Shown here: positions 1 through 7,869 of the stretch, in pieces
How the letters are laid out: each line of letters begins with the position of its first letter
Numbering within the stretch: the first letter of the stretch is position 1
Virus record (IMG/VR): IMGVR_UViG_3300019776_000521
Span: 1 to 64,000 of that record
Strand: one strand, 5' to 3'
Source: a virus
Length of the DNA: 64,000 nucleotides
Notes under the pieces: generated by a model
The model's input: the letters and a program-made list of their open reading frames with translations, nothing else
Databases searched by the model: none
What the model was told of the DNA's origin: nothing
Program-made: the position numbers and the translations under genes

Positions 1-37
1 AGCACTGGCCGATTCTGGCTTATGAAAGGACTTTGAT

Positions 38-259
38 ATGGATAAAAAACAGGTTATTGCATTGGCGCGGGAGGCTGGTGGGTTGTTACCTGACCCAATG
101 GTATTCATCGCGGCCTATGAACGCTTCTTCCAAGCCGCCTACGCCGCAGGAGCAGCAGCAGAGCGGGAGGAATGCGCGAAGTTGGCAGAGCAAACAAAAG
201 GGACAGCAGGTGCAAACTATTTGATTGCCAAAGCCATCAGAGCGAGGGGAAACACATGA
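38..259 (+). CDS. small hypothetical phage protein
   Basis: 73-aa ORF; stop overlaps next ATG (ATGA at 256-259). Confidence 0.6.
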   Translation: MDKKQVIALAREAGGLLPDPMVFIAAYERFFQAAYAAGAAAEREECAKLAEQTKGTAGANYLIAKAIRARGNT

Positions 260-897
260 CTGACAGAGAAGTAATGCAGCAGGCGCTGGAGGCGTTGGGA
301 AAAGTAAGCGCAAGACGGGTAATTATGGGAAGCACTGGTGATTACCGAGCCGGTCAGCAGGACGCTTTGACAGCGACATCTGAGGACGTTGAGCCAGCCA
401 TCACCGCCCTGAAAGCCGCACTGGAGCAGCCAGAGCAGGAGCCGGTGGCGTGGTGTACAAAAAGCGACTTGGAAAACATGGCCAAGGGTTTTAGTCAAGA
501 TGTGTCAGCACGGTCGATGCGGGTGCCTCAGCTATACCCAAAGGAAAGCACTGTGCTGTTGTACACAACCCCACTAGCAGCACAGACAGAGCGGGAGCCT
601 GAGACTCGTGCAAAATGGAATAAAGGAATCAGAGATAGCGTTGATGCGTTATTGGCTCAAGCAGGTTATCAACCTGACTCTAGTGCACGGCATCAACTTG
701 CCATGATGAACTTTGACACCCCACCCACAGCACATCCAGAGCAGGAACCAGTAGCCTCCATCTACGTGACAACAGGCGGAGAGCGAGTGTTTGACGACTG
801 GCACTGCCCACTGCCTGCGGGAAGAAATCTTCTCTACACCACCCCACCCGCAGCACAGCAGCGCAAGCCGCCCACAGCATCAAGGAGAACACAATGA
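256..897 (+). CDS. modular phage protein with EQEPVA...LYTTP repeats
   Basis: Start moved to ATG 256 (GAGGGG upstream, ATGA coupling); two EQEPVA/LYTTP units. Confidence 0.7.
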   Translation: MTDREVMQQALEALGKVSARRVIMGSTGDYRAGQQDALTATSEDVEPAITALKAALEQPEQEPVAWCTKSDLENMAKGFSQDVSARSMRVPQLYPKESTVLLYTTPLAAQTEREPETRAKWNKGIRDSVDALLAQAGYQPDSSARHQLAMMNFDTPPTAHPEQEPVASIYVTTGGERVFDDWHCPLPAGRNLLYTTPPAAQQRKPPTASRRTQ

Positions 898-1442
898 CTA
901 ACTTAACCCAAGTCCTGATTCAGAAAGCTGGCGGAAAGCTGTTTCTGAACGGTGAAGAGATTGGCCCCGGCACAATCGACGTTAGTCTTGACGGACTGAC
1001 ATATCGCGCATCGGAAAAGGTTGAGGTGGAGCAGCCAGAGCAGGAGCCGATTGGTTGGCTTGACGGGGCGGATATGATGGCCGAGTTCCTGCACAGAGAC
1101 ATGAAGGCAGCGCACGACCGTTGCGGGTCAGCAACACCGCGAGAATTCACGATACCTGTTTACTTGGCCCCGCCCGCAGCACAGCCAGAGCACGGAGACA
1201 TCCGCGCTTTGAAATACCGCATCCATGAGCTTGAAGGAGAGGTTATCGGGTACAAACGGATGATTGAAGAGGCGGCGCTAAAGAAACTTGCTGACCTTGG
1301 GCAACAGATTGAGCAGGAGCCGGTGGCGTGGATGTACACACGGCTCAAAGGCGGTAGCAGCATTAAATTAGTTGAAAAACGTGCAGAAATGCCTGAAGGG
1401 GGCTGGAGCTTATACAAAGAAGAACCGCTCTACACCACCCCA
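424..1442 (+). repeat. dispersed direct repeats GAGCAGGAGCCG(GTGGCGTGG) and CTCTACACCACCCCA
   Basis: Copies near 424, 736, 1029, 1311 and near 559, 832, 1428. Confidence 0.8.
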
Positions 1443-1583
1443 CAAGCACAGCGCCCGTGGGTAGGGCTGACTGCAAGCACAATCTTAAACATGATGCCCG
1501 AAAGCATCCCTGCCGAACACGATGGCGCACTGATGGAATTTGCCCGAGACATCGAAGCCAAACTAAAGGAAAAAAAGACATGA
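894..1583 (+). CDS. modular phage protein with EQEP(I/V)...LY repeats
   Basis: 229 aa; same repeat motifs as upstream gene; ATGA coupling on both ends. Confidence 0.7.
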   Translation: MTNLTQVLIQKAGGKLFLNGEEIGPGTIDVSLDGLTYRASEKVEVEQPEQEPIGWLDGADMMAEFLHRDMKAAHDRCGSATPREFTIPVYLAPPAAQPEHGDIRALKYRIHELEGEVIGYKRMIEEAALKKLADLGQQIEQEPVAWMYTRLKGGSSIKLVEKRAEMPEGGWSLYKEEPLYTTPQAQRPWVGLTASTILNMMPESIPAEHDGALMEFARDIEAKLKEKKT

Positions 1584-1855
1584 CAGTAAAATGCATTACC
1601 AAGACTCAAAAAGCAATCATTGCACAGCAATACTGCTTTATCAAAGTCCCAGTCAAATCACTGGCTCAAGACTACCAAGTCTCGACCAGGACCATTCACC
1701 GAGTGCTAGTAGAACAAGGAGTTGCTCCTGTTCGACGCAGCAGGAAAGTGATCATCAATCAACCAGTTGAAATCATTCAACCTGTGTCACTAACTTTCAA
1801 ACAGAAAGTCATCAAAGCACTGAAAGCCTTCTTTTCCAAACTCAATGGCCAGTAA
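1580..1855 (+). CDS. small HTH-like protein
   Basis: ATG 1580 with AAGGA upstream; KSLAQDYQVSTRTIHRVL resembles an HTH. Confidence 0.6.
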   Translation: MTVKCITKTQKAIIAQQYCFIKVPVKSLAQDYQVSTRTIHRVLVEQGVAPVRRSRKVIINQPVEIIQPVSLTFKQKVIKALKAFFSKLNGQ

Positions 1856-2033
1856 AGCAACTACTTCTCAGCCGATACTCCGTGCGGTACCAATGGCCCT
1901 CTTTCCTACATTTGGGTCGCTTCAGGAAGTCGTTGACTTTGCTGATTCAAAACTCCCCATCACAGACAAGAACGAACTTCTTAGTCTCTTGATGACTTAC
2001 CACAACACCTTGCTTACACAAGTCAACAAGTAA
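1845..2033 (+). CDS. hypothetical protein
   Basis: 62-aa ORF overlapping the previous stop. Confidence 0.6.
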   Translation: MASKATTSQPILRAVPMALFPTFGSLQEVVDFADSKLPITDKNELLSLLMTYHNTLLTQVNK

Positions 2034-2040
2034 ATGCCCC

Positions 2041-2835
2041 ATGTCCAACAAAACAATAGACGCTATAAGGCGAGTACTGAACATCTTCAAAACCAGTGAA
2101 GGAGAGATTCGTCCGCATTTCATTGTCACTGGTCCCAGTGGTAGTGGTAAAAGCCATACCATTCAATGTCTTGCTGAAGAAATGGAAATTCGGTACTTCG
2201 ACATCAATGCTGCTGGCTTGACCAAAGAAGGGACTGCTGGAAATTCACTCAGCAAAGCACTGACTCCTTTGCTTCAATGCGGTGGACTGCCAACCATTTG
2301 TTTTGTTGACGAGTTCGACAAGCTGTTCATCAGTGGCAACACCAATTCAGCACTAGCTCATGAAACCACCAACGGTGTGCAGAATGAGTTTCTCAAAGTG
2401 CTTGAAGGCAGTGCGTCAGTGTTTGGTGATTACGGCAAGTACATCAACATCAAAACAGACAACGTTCTGTTTGTCTTTGCTGGTGCATTCAACGGCGAGG
2501 AAAACATCGATCTTGATCGCCTTCGAGACTTTGGCATTAAAACCGAATTCCTTGGTCGAGTTGGTTTGGCTTACGGACTTGAAAAAGTCAGCCTCACTGA
2601 AATGAAAAGCATCATGGATAACAGCAAACTATTGAGCACTTACTTGACGCTGTTTCCTGATGTCAAAAAGAAAGATGTCACCGCAGTGATCATGAAGATC
2701 CTGACTGACAACTATGAAAAAAACACCATCGGTGTTCGCATGATCAACACCTTGATCCATCAGTACTTCATCGAAGGCGGAATCAAGGACAAAGAAGCCA
2801 AGAAAACCAGCTTTCAAAAAACGTTGAGCCTCTAA
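2041..2835 (+). CDS. ClpX/HslU-like AAA+ ATPase (minimal)
   Basis: Walker A GPSGSGKS, Walker B FVDEFDKL, VQNEFLKVLEG and TDNVLFVFAGAF resemble ClpX/HslU signatures. Confidence 0.8.
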   Translation: MSNKTIDAIRRVLNIFKTSEGEIRPHFIVTGPSGSGKSHTIQCLAEEMEIRYFDINAAGLTKEGTAGNSLSKALTPLLQCGGLPTICFVDEFDKLFISGNTNSALAHETTNGVQNEFLKVLEGSASVFGDYGKYINIKTDNVLFVFAGAFNGEENIDLDRLRDFGIKTEFLGRVGLAYGLEKVSLTEMKSIMDNSKLLSTYLTLFPDVKKKDVTAVIMKILTDNYEKNTIGVRMINTLIHQYFIEGGIKDKEAKKTSFQKTLSL

Positions 2836-2855
2836 CAACCAACTCATTCAAAGCA

Positions 2856-3878
2856 ATGCAAGTCAAAATCTCTTTGGCCAAAACAATGGTGGCCTCCTAC
2901 ATTCGAGCCAAGCTTACACCCATGCTGTGGGGTAGCCCTGGCATTGGCAAGAGCGCAATCGTGCACCAGATCGCCAAGGAATATGGCCTGAAGGTCATCG
3001 ACTTGCGTCTTGCTCAATGCGATCCTACCGACCTCATGGGCTTCCCACAGATCGACGCAGCACGCCAGAAAGCGGGCTATGTGCCTATGGACACTTTCCC
3101 GATTGAAGGTGAGCCTCTGCCGGGGGGCTACAACGGCTGGCTTCTATTCCTTGATGAGGCCAACTCAGCACCCAAAGCAGTCCAAGCTGCGGCCTATAAG
3201 ATCATCCTTGATCGGATGGTCGGTCAGACCAGGCTGCACAAGAACTGCGCTGTAGTGGCAGCAGGCAACCAGGAAAGCGACAACGCAATCGTGGAGCCAA
3301 TGAGCACTGCTCTGCAGTCTCGCCTGGTGCACATCGAACTTGTGATCGATGCCACTGAGTGGACCGACAACTGGGCTGCGAACAACGACATCGATCACCG
3401 CATCAGTGACTACATCAAGTTCAAACCTGGCCAGCTGTTTACCTTCACACCGGATCACACCGACAAGACTTACGCTTGCTCTCGCACCTGGGAGTTTGCC
3501 AACCGTGTGCTGAAGGTCACTGATGAGGCTTCTCCTGAGCGCCTTCCCATGCTTGCTGGCACCCTCTCTGAAGGCGTAGCAAGAGAGTTCGTCACTTTCA
3601 TGAAGATCTACAACGATCTGCCCAAGCCCGCTCAACTGGTCAACTCACCTGAAACGATCCAGGTTCCACAAGAACCTTCAATCTTGTTTGCACTCACTGG
3701 CTCAATCAGCCACATTGCAAACGCAGACAACATGAGCCAGCTGATGAAGTACATCAAACGCTTACCTGTTGAATTTCAGGTTGTCACGATGCGTGAAACG
3801 GTTCGTCGCAACAAAACTATGATGGCTCACACTGCGGTGCAAAAATGGGTTTCCGAATCAGCAACAGATCTGTTCTGA
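2856..3878 (+). CDS. AAA+ ATPase (N4 gp24-like, MoxR-related)
   Basis: GSPGIGKS, LFLDE, AAGN, ALQSR motifs; paired with downstream vWA/metallopeptidase. Confidence 0.85.
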   Translation: MQVKISLAKTMVASYIRAKLTPMLWGSPGIGKSAIVHQIAKEYGLKVIDLRLAQCDPTDLMGFPQIDAARQKAGYVPMDTFPIEGEPLPGGYNGWLLFLDEANSAPKAVQAAAYKIILDRMVGQTRLHKNCAVVAAGNQESDNAIVEPMSTALQSRLVHIELVIDATEWTDNWAANNDIDHRISDYIKFKPGQLFTFTPDHTDKTYACSRTWEFANRVLKVTDEASPERLPMLAGTLSEGVAREFVTFMKIYNDLPKPAQLVNSPETIQVPQEPSILFALTGSISHIANADNMSQLMKYIKRLPVEFQVVTMRETVRRNKTMMAHTAVQKWVSESATDLF

Positions 3879-3897
3879 TTTTTCTTCACTTCAAACC

Positions 3898-3928
3898 AAG
3901 CCACCTACACAGGTGGCTTTTCTTTTTC
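3898..3928 (+). terminator. intrinsic terminator
   Basis: AAGCCACCT-acac-AGGTGGCTT followed by T-rich run. Confidence 0.75.
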
Positions 3929-3940
3929 AAGACACACACC

Positions 3941-4147
3941 ATGCGTACTCTCATTCACCTCTTCAAAAAACCCACTGCATTCACTATTGCTCAACAAACC
4001 TACGAGCAAGTGCAGCGTGATCTCCTGGAACAGGAATCCGCTGCTGAATACCATGCAAAGATGGTGGAGTACCACAAGCAAACTCTCCGTCGCTTGAGCA
4101 GTTACCTAAACGACCAAGGAATATCGAAAGTAGGAAAACTTGGGTGA
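3941..4147 (+). CDS. hypothetical protein
   Basis: ATG 3941 after the terminator; 68 aa, coiled-coil-like. Confidence 0.55.
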   Translation: MRTLIHLFKKPTAFTIAQQTYEQVQRDLLEQESAAEYHAKMVEYHKQTLRRLSSYLNDQGISKVGKLG

Positions 4148-4592
4148 TAGAACAACTGTAATCCTAAAAATGCTTGTTGAAGACAGTAAAGCTGCACTTA
4201 GTCTTTTAGGATTTGAACCACAAGAAACTAATGAAAATCAAACAGGCTTTGTGGATTACAGTTTCTACGAAGTAAATTACGGCAATCTTAATGGACGGGA
4301 GCACTTGCAAAAACAAGGCATTTCCTATGACTTAAGCTGGGGAAATGGAGATAGCTTTACTTCAGGGATGGAATATTGTCGTTTTTCAAAAGAAGGTGAA
4401 CTGCTAGTTTTCGATGTATATGACAACGAAGTTGGCTTAGAGCTTCATCTACTCAAAGAAGCCATCAATGATCATGCCAAGCTCATTGAAATGATCAATC
4501 GAAAGTGGGACTCTGTAACCCCATTGCCATGGGATAAACAGAGTGAATACAGCAAGATTTTTCGAACTCTTCAACTCATCAATCCAACTTAA
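4140..4592 (+). CDS. hypothetical protein
   Basis: 150-aa ORF, AT-rich, TTG start with AGGA upstream. Confidence 0.6.
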   Translation: MGDRTTVILKMLVEDSKAALSLLGFEPQETNENQTGFVDYSFYEVNYGNLNGREHLQKQGISYDLSWGNGDSFTSGMEYCRFSKEGELLVFDVYDNEVGLELHLLKEAINDHAKLIEMINRKWDSVTPLPWDKQSEYSKIFRTLQLINPT

Positions 4593-4594
4593 CA

Positions 4595-4620
4595 GGAGAC
4601 CATCAGGTCTCCTTTTCATT
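4595..4620 (+). terminator. hairpin/terminator
   Basis: AGGAGACC-atca-GGTCTCCT then TTT. Confidence 0.5.
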
Positions 4621-4630
4621 TAGAGACCTT

Positions 4631-5743
4631 ATGGAACAACTTCCACACGAAATGGCTTTGAGCAAAGCCAAGATTCAACTGATGTCTCGGCCTGACTCTG
4701 CGTTCTTCACGCATCTTGCTTTCAGCCTGAAACATTCGTTCGATGAATCGATTCCTACCGCAGGCACCGATGGTCGCAATGTGAAGTACAACCCCAAGTT
4801 CTTCATGTCGCTCAATCATGACGAACGGGTTTTTCTGATCCTTCACGAAGCCATGCATTGCGCCTATCTTCACATGGAGCGCGTCCAAAATCGAGACAAA
4901 CGCAGATACAACATTGCAGCCGACCATGTGATCAACCTTCAGCTGATCGAACGTGGATTCAGAATGCCCGTCATGGGCTTGGCTGATGGCACCTATGCAG
5001 GCATGTCCACGGAACAGGTCTACAACCTTCTACCGCCGCCTCCACCCAGCAAACCTATGGGTGGCTTCGGTGAGGATCTGCAAACGCCTGACGACCCCTC
5101 CAAGACCCTTGAAAACGACATTCAAAACGTCCTGATTCAAGCCGCCATTCAATCCAAGATGGCGGGCGATAAACCAGGAACCGTTCCAGGTGACATCCAG
5201 ATTTTTCTGGACAATCTGCTGTCGCCTAAGCTGCCTTGGTACCGCATTCTGCAAAAGTACATGCAGACGTTCAGCAAGAACGACTACTCGTTCAGGAAGC
5301 CCAACCGCAGGTTTCTTCCCAAGCACTACCTGCCGAGTATGTACAGCGAAAGCCTGATGGACCTGGCAGCGTTTGCCGACATTTCAGGCTCTGTCACTGA
5401 TAAGGAATTCCACCAGCAGCTATCCGAGACGGCTTCCATCATGAAAATGATGAAACCTTCCAAGATCACCTTTGGTCAGTTTGATACACAGATCAAGCAG
5501 ATCACCCAGGTGCGCAGCTTGACTGACATCCGAGACATCAAGTTCAGCGGCCGAGGGGGTACTCGAATCAAGCCAGTCATCGACTGGGCAAATGAGCACA
5601 AGCCTCAACTCTTGCTGCTCTTCACAGATGGCCATTTCAGGTTCCCTTCAGATCTCACCACCAAGAGTCAGGTAATCTGGCTCATCTACAACAATCCAAA
5701 GTTCACCGCACCCTTTGGAAAAGTCATTCACTACACAATTTGA
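4631..5743 (+). CDS. metallopeptidase + vWA domain protein (N4 gp25-like)
   Basis: HEAMH zincin motif; MIDAS-like DISGS, GGT, TDG. Confidence 0.85.
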   Translation: MEQLPHEMALSKAKIQLMSRPDSAFFTHLAFSLKHSFDESIPTAGTDGRNVKYNPKFFMSLNHDERVFLILHEAMHCAYLHMERVQNRDKRRYNIAADHVINLQLIERGFRMPVMGLADGTYAGMSTEQVYNLLPPPPPSKPMGGFGEDLQTPDDPSKTLENDIQNVLIQAAIQSKMAGDKPGTVPGDIQIFLDNLLSPKLPWYRILQKYMQTFSKNDYSFRKPNRRFLPKHYLPSMYSESLMDLAAFADISGSVTDKEFHQQLSETASIMKMMKPSKITFGQFDTQIKQITQVRSLTDIRDIKFSGRGGTRIKPVIDWANEHKPQLLLLFTDGHFRFPSDLTTKSQVIWLIYNNPKFTAPFGKVIHYTI

Positions 5744-5751
5744 AGGACATC

Positions 5752-6060
5752 ATGCAATACGCTGAAGCACTGAAACAGGTTCAATCCAAAAAAATCAAAG
5801 AGAATTTCATTCTCGTTGAAATCGCTTATGACAAGAAGCTCATCCTTCCCTACAAGGAAGGACTGGCTTTCATTGGCTCTCTTGCCAATGCCGAGCAGCT
5901 GCACGATCCCTACAGCAAGCCCAAGCAGATCACAGGGCTTGCACGGGACTCGATCAAGACCGACATTCTTTCGTATGAAGAGTACGAACGAATCAAGATT
6001 GCTGCCCTTCTGGGTGTCACCACTGAAGAGGTAAAACAGTACGCACTGGAAGCCTCTTAA
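5752..6060 (+). CDS. hypothetical protein
   Basis: GAAGGA upstream of ATG 5752; sits just before the helicase. Confidence 0.65.
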   Translation: MQYAEALKQVQSKKIKENFILVEIAYDKKLILPYKEGLAFIGSLANAEQLHDPYSKPKQITGLARDSIKTDILSYEEYERIKIAALLGVTTEEVKQYALEAS

Positions 6061-6073
6061 CCAACAAATCAAA

Positions 6074-7330
6074 ATGAACAGTAACACCGTTGAAATCTCT
6101 CTCACCAAAGACCAGCAAACAGCCATGGAGTTGTTCTATCAGTTCCTGACTGACCCGATTGAAACGGTGTTTGTTCTCCGTGGCTATTCAGGATGTGGCA
6201 AATCTACTCTGGTTCGCACGCTGCTTGACCGTCTTCCAGGATTTCTGCGAACGGCCAAGCTCATCAACCCAAACCAAAAGGACTACGAAGTAGCTCTGAC
6301 TGCAACGACCAACAAAGCAGCGGAGACTCTTGGAAGCATCACTGGCAACAGTGCAGTCACCATTCATTCCTTTCTTGCTTTACGGGTTCAAACAGACTTC
6401 CGAACCAACGTCACTACGCTGATTCCCAGAAACACTGATGTCAAACAAAACTACCTGCTCTTCATTGATGAAGCCAGCTACGTAGACAAGCAGCTGCTGC
6501 AGTTCATTTTTTCCCGCACAGCCAACTGCAAAGTAGTGTTCATCGGTGATCCCGCTCAGCTGACTCCGGTCAAGTCTCAAGGCACGCCTGTGTTCGACGC
6601 CAACTTCAGCGGCGCTGCACTGACCCAGGTGGTTCGACAAGCTGAAGGCAACCCCATCGTTGACCTCTCCACGAAGTTTCGTGAGACCGTCAACACCGGA
6701 GTGTTCTTCCGCTTCAAGCCTGATGGCGAGCATGTGAAGTACCTTCCCCGAGAGCAATTCAACAAGGCAATCGAAGAAGAATTCACACGACCTAATTGGC
6801 ACTACCAGGACTCTAAAATCCTGGCATGGACCAACAAATGCGTGATCGGCTACAACTCGTTTGTACGCAACCATGTGAAAGGCGATCCTGACTTTCATGC
6901 TGGTGACTACGCAATCTGCAACTCATTCATGACGATCGGCAAGCACAGCGTCAAAACAGATCAGCTGGTTTACATCAGCCACATCGGTCCTGACGAAGTA
7001 GTACATGGTGTCGCTTGCAATCGCATCACCATTGATGGCTCGTTTTCGGCTTATCAGCCCAAGAGCCTTCAAGAGAAGAATGAGCGCATCAAAAAAGCCC
7101 GACAAGACAATCACATCAACTTGGTGATTGAACTTGGAGAGCACTGGTTTGATTTGCGTGCAGCCTATGCATGCACAATCAACAAAGCCCAAGGCTCTAC
7201 ATTCGACCGAGTATTTGTTGATCTTGATGACATCCGTCGTTGCAACAGCGGAGATCAGATTGCTCGAATGCTGTACGTCGGTGTAAGTCGTGCCCGCAGT
7301 CAAGTTTTCCTTACCGGAGATCTGGTCTAA
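6074..7330 (+). CDS. SF1 RecD/Dda-like DNA helicase (N4 gp37-like)
   Basis: GYSGCGKS, IDEAS, GDPAQL, TINKAQGST, YVGVSRA. Confidence 0.9.
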   Translation: MNSNTVEISLTKDQQTAMELFYQFLTDPIETVFVLRGYSGCGKSTLVRTLLDRLPGFLRTAKLINPNQKDYEVALTATTNKAAETLGSITGNSAVTIHSFLALRVQTDFRTNVTTLIPRNTDVKQNYLLFIDEASYVDKQLLQFIFSRTANCKVVFIGDPAQLTPVKSQGTPVFDANFSGAALTQVVRQAEGNPIVDLSTKFRETVNTGVFFRFKPDGEHVKYLPREQFNKAIEEEFTRPNWHYQDSKILAWTNKCVIGYNSFVRNHVKGDPDFHAGDYAICNSFMTIGKHSVKTDQLVYISHIGPDEVVHGVACNRITIDGSFSAYQPKSLQEKNERIKKARQDNHINLVIELGEHWFDLRAAYACTINKAQGSTFDRVFVDLDDIRRCNSGDQIARMLYVGVSRARSQVFLTGDLV

Positions 7331-7345
7331 ACCAACCCTAGAATC

Positions 7346-7861
7346 ATGGAAAAGCTTCAACAAGATCCTCGCACCAAAGAGCAGATCAAGGAAGCGCTGT
7401 ATGCCTTTATCTACTCACCAGTTGAAAGGAGCTTCAATCAGCGCCTTAACAATCTGATTCTAAGAAACGCAGTATCCCTGTGTTACTCCCATCGATCGTT
7501 TTATTACAAGGGAAAGATGTACAGCGTTGATACGGGGCGTCCGCCCCTACTGCGAAACAAGCTTTCCCCTCAGTTCACTACTCAAATGGAAGAGTACCTC
7601 GAAGATCTCAGGCAACTGAAAGAAGAGGAGCTTCCTTATGTAACTGGCTTCATCAACCAGGTACTCAATGCGTCGAATGGCTTTGAAGACTATCTGCATA
7701 TCCTGCCTGAATCAGTCCACAAGCCAATTGAGAAAATGATCAATCAATGCGCCTGTCGTAATAGGCAGCTCAGCGATGAAGCAATTCAACTGCTGAAAGA
7801 AAAAAACAAGGAACCCATCAACATGCTCAAACAAAGGATGTTGATGAACTTGATCACATAA
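7346..7861 (+). CDS. hypothetical protein between helicase and polymerase
   Basis: 171-aa ORF in N4-like synteny. Confidence 0.7.
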   Translation: MEKLQQDPRTKEQIKEALYAFIYSPVERSFNQRLNNLILRNAVSLCYSHRSFYYKGKMYSVDTGRPPLLRNKLSPQFTTQMEEYLEDLRQLKEEELPYVTGFINQVLNASNGFEDYLHILPESVHKPIEKMINQCACRNRQLSDEAIQLLKEKNKEPINMLKQRMLMNLIT

Positions 7862-7869
7862 GGAAATAC

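Noticed and set aside
424-1442. Repeats as a CRISPR array or DGR
   Set aside because: In-frame coding repeats with irregular long spacing; no cas or reverse transcriptase in the window.
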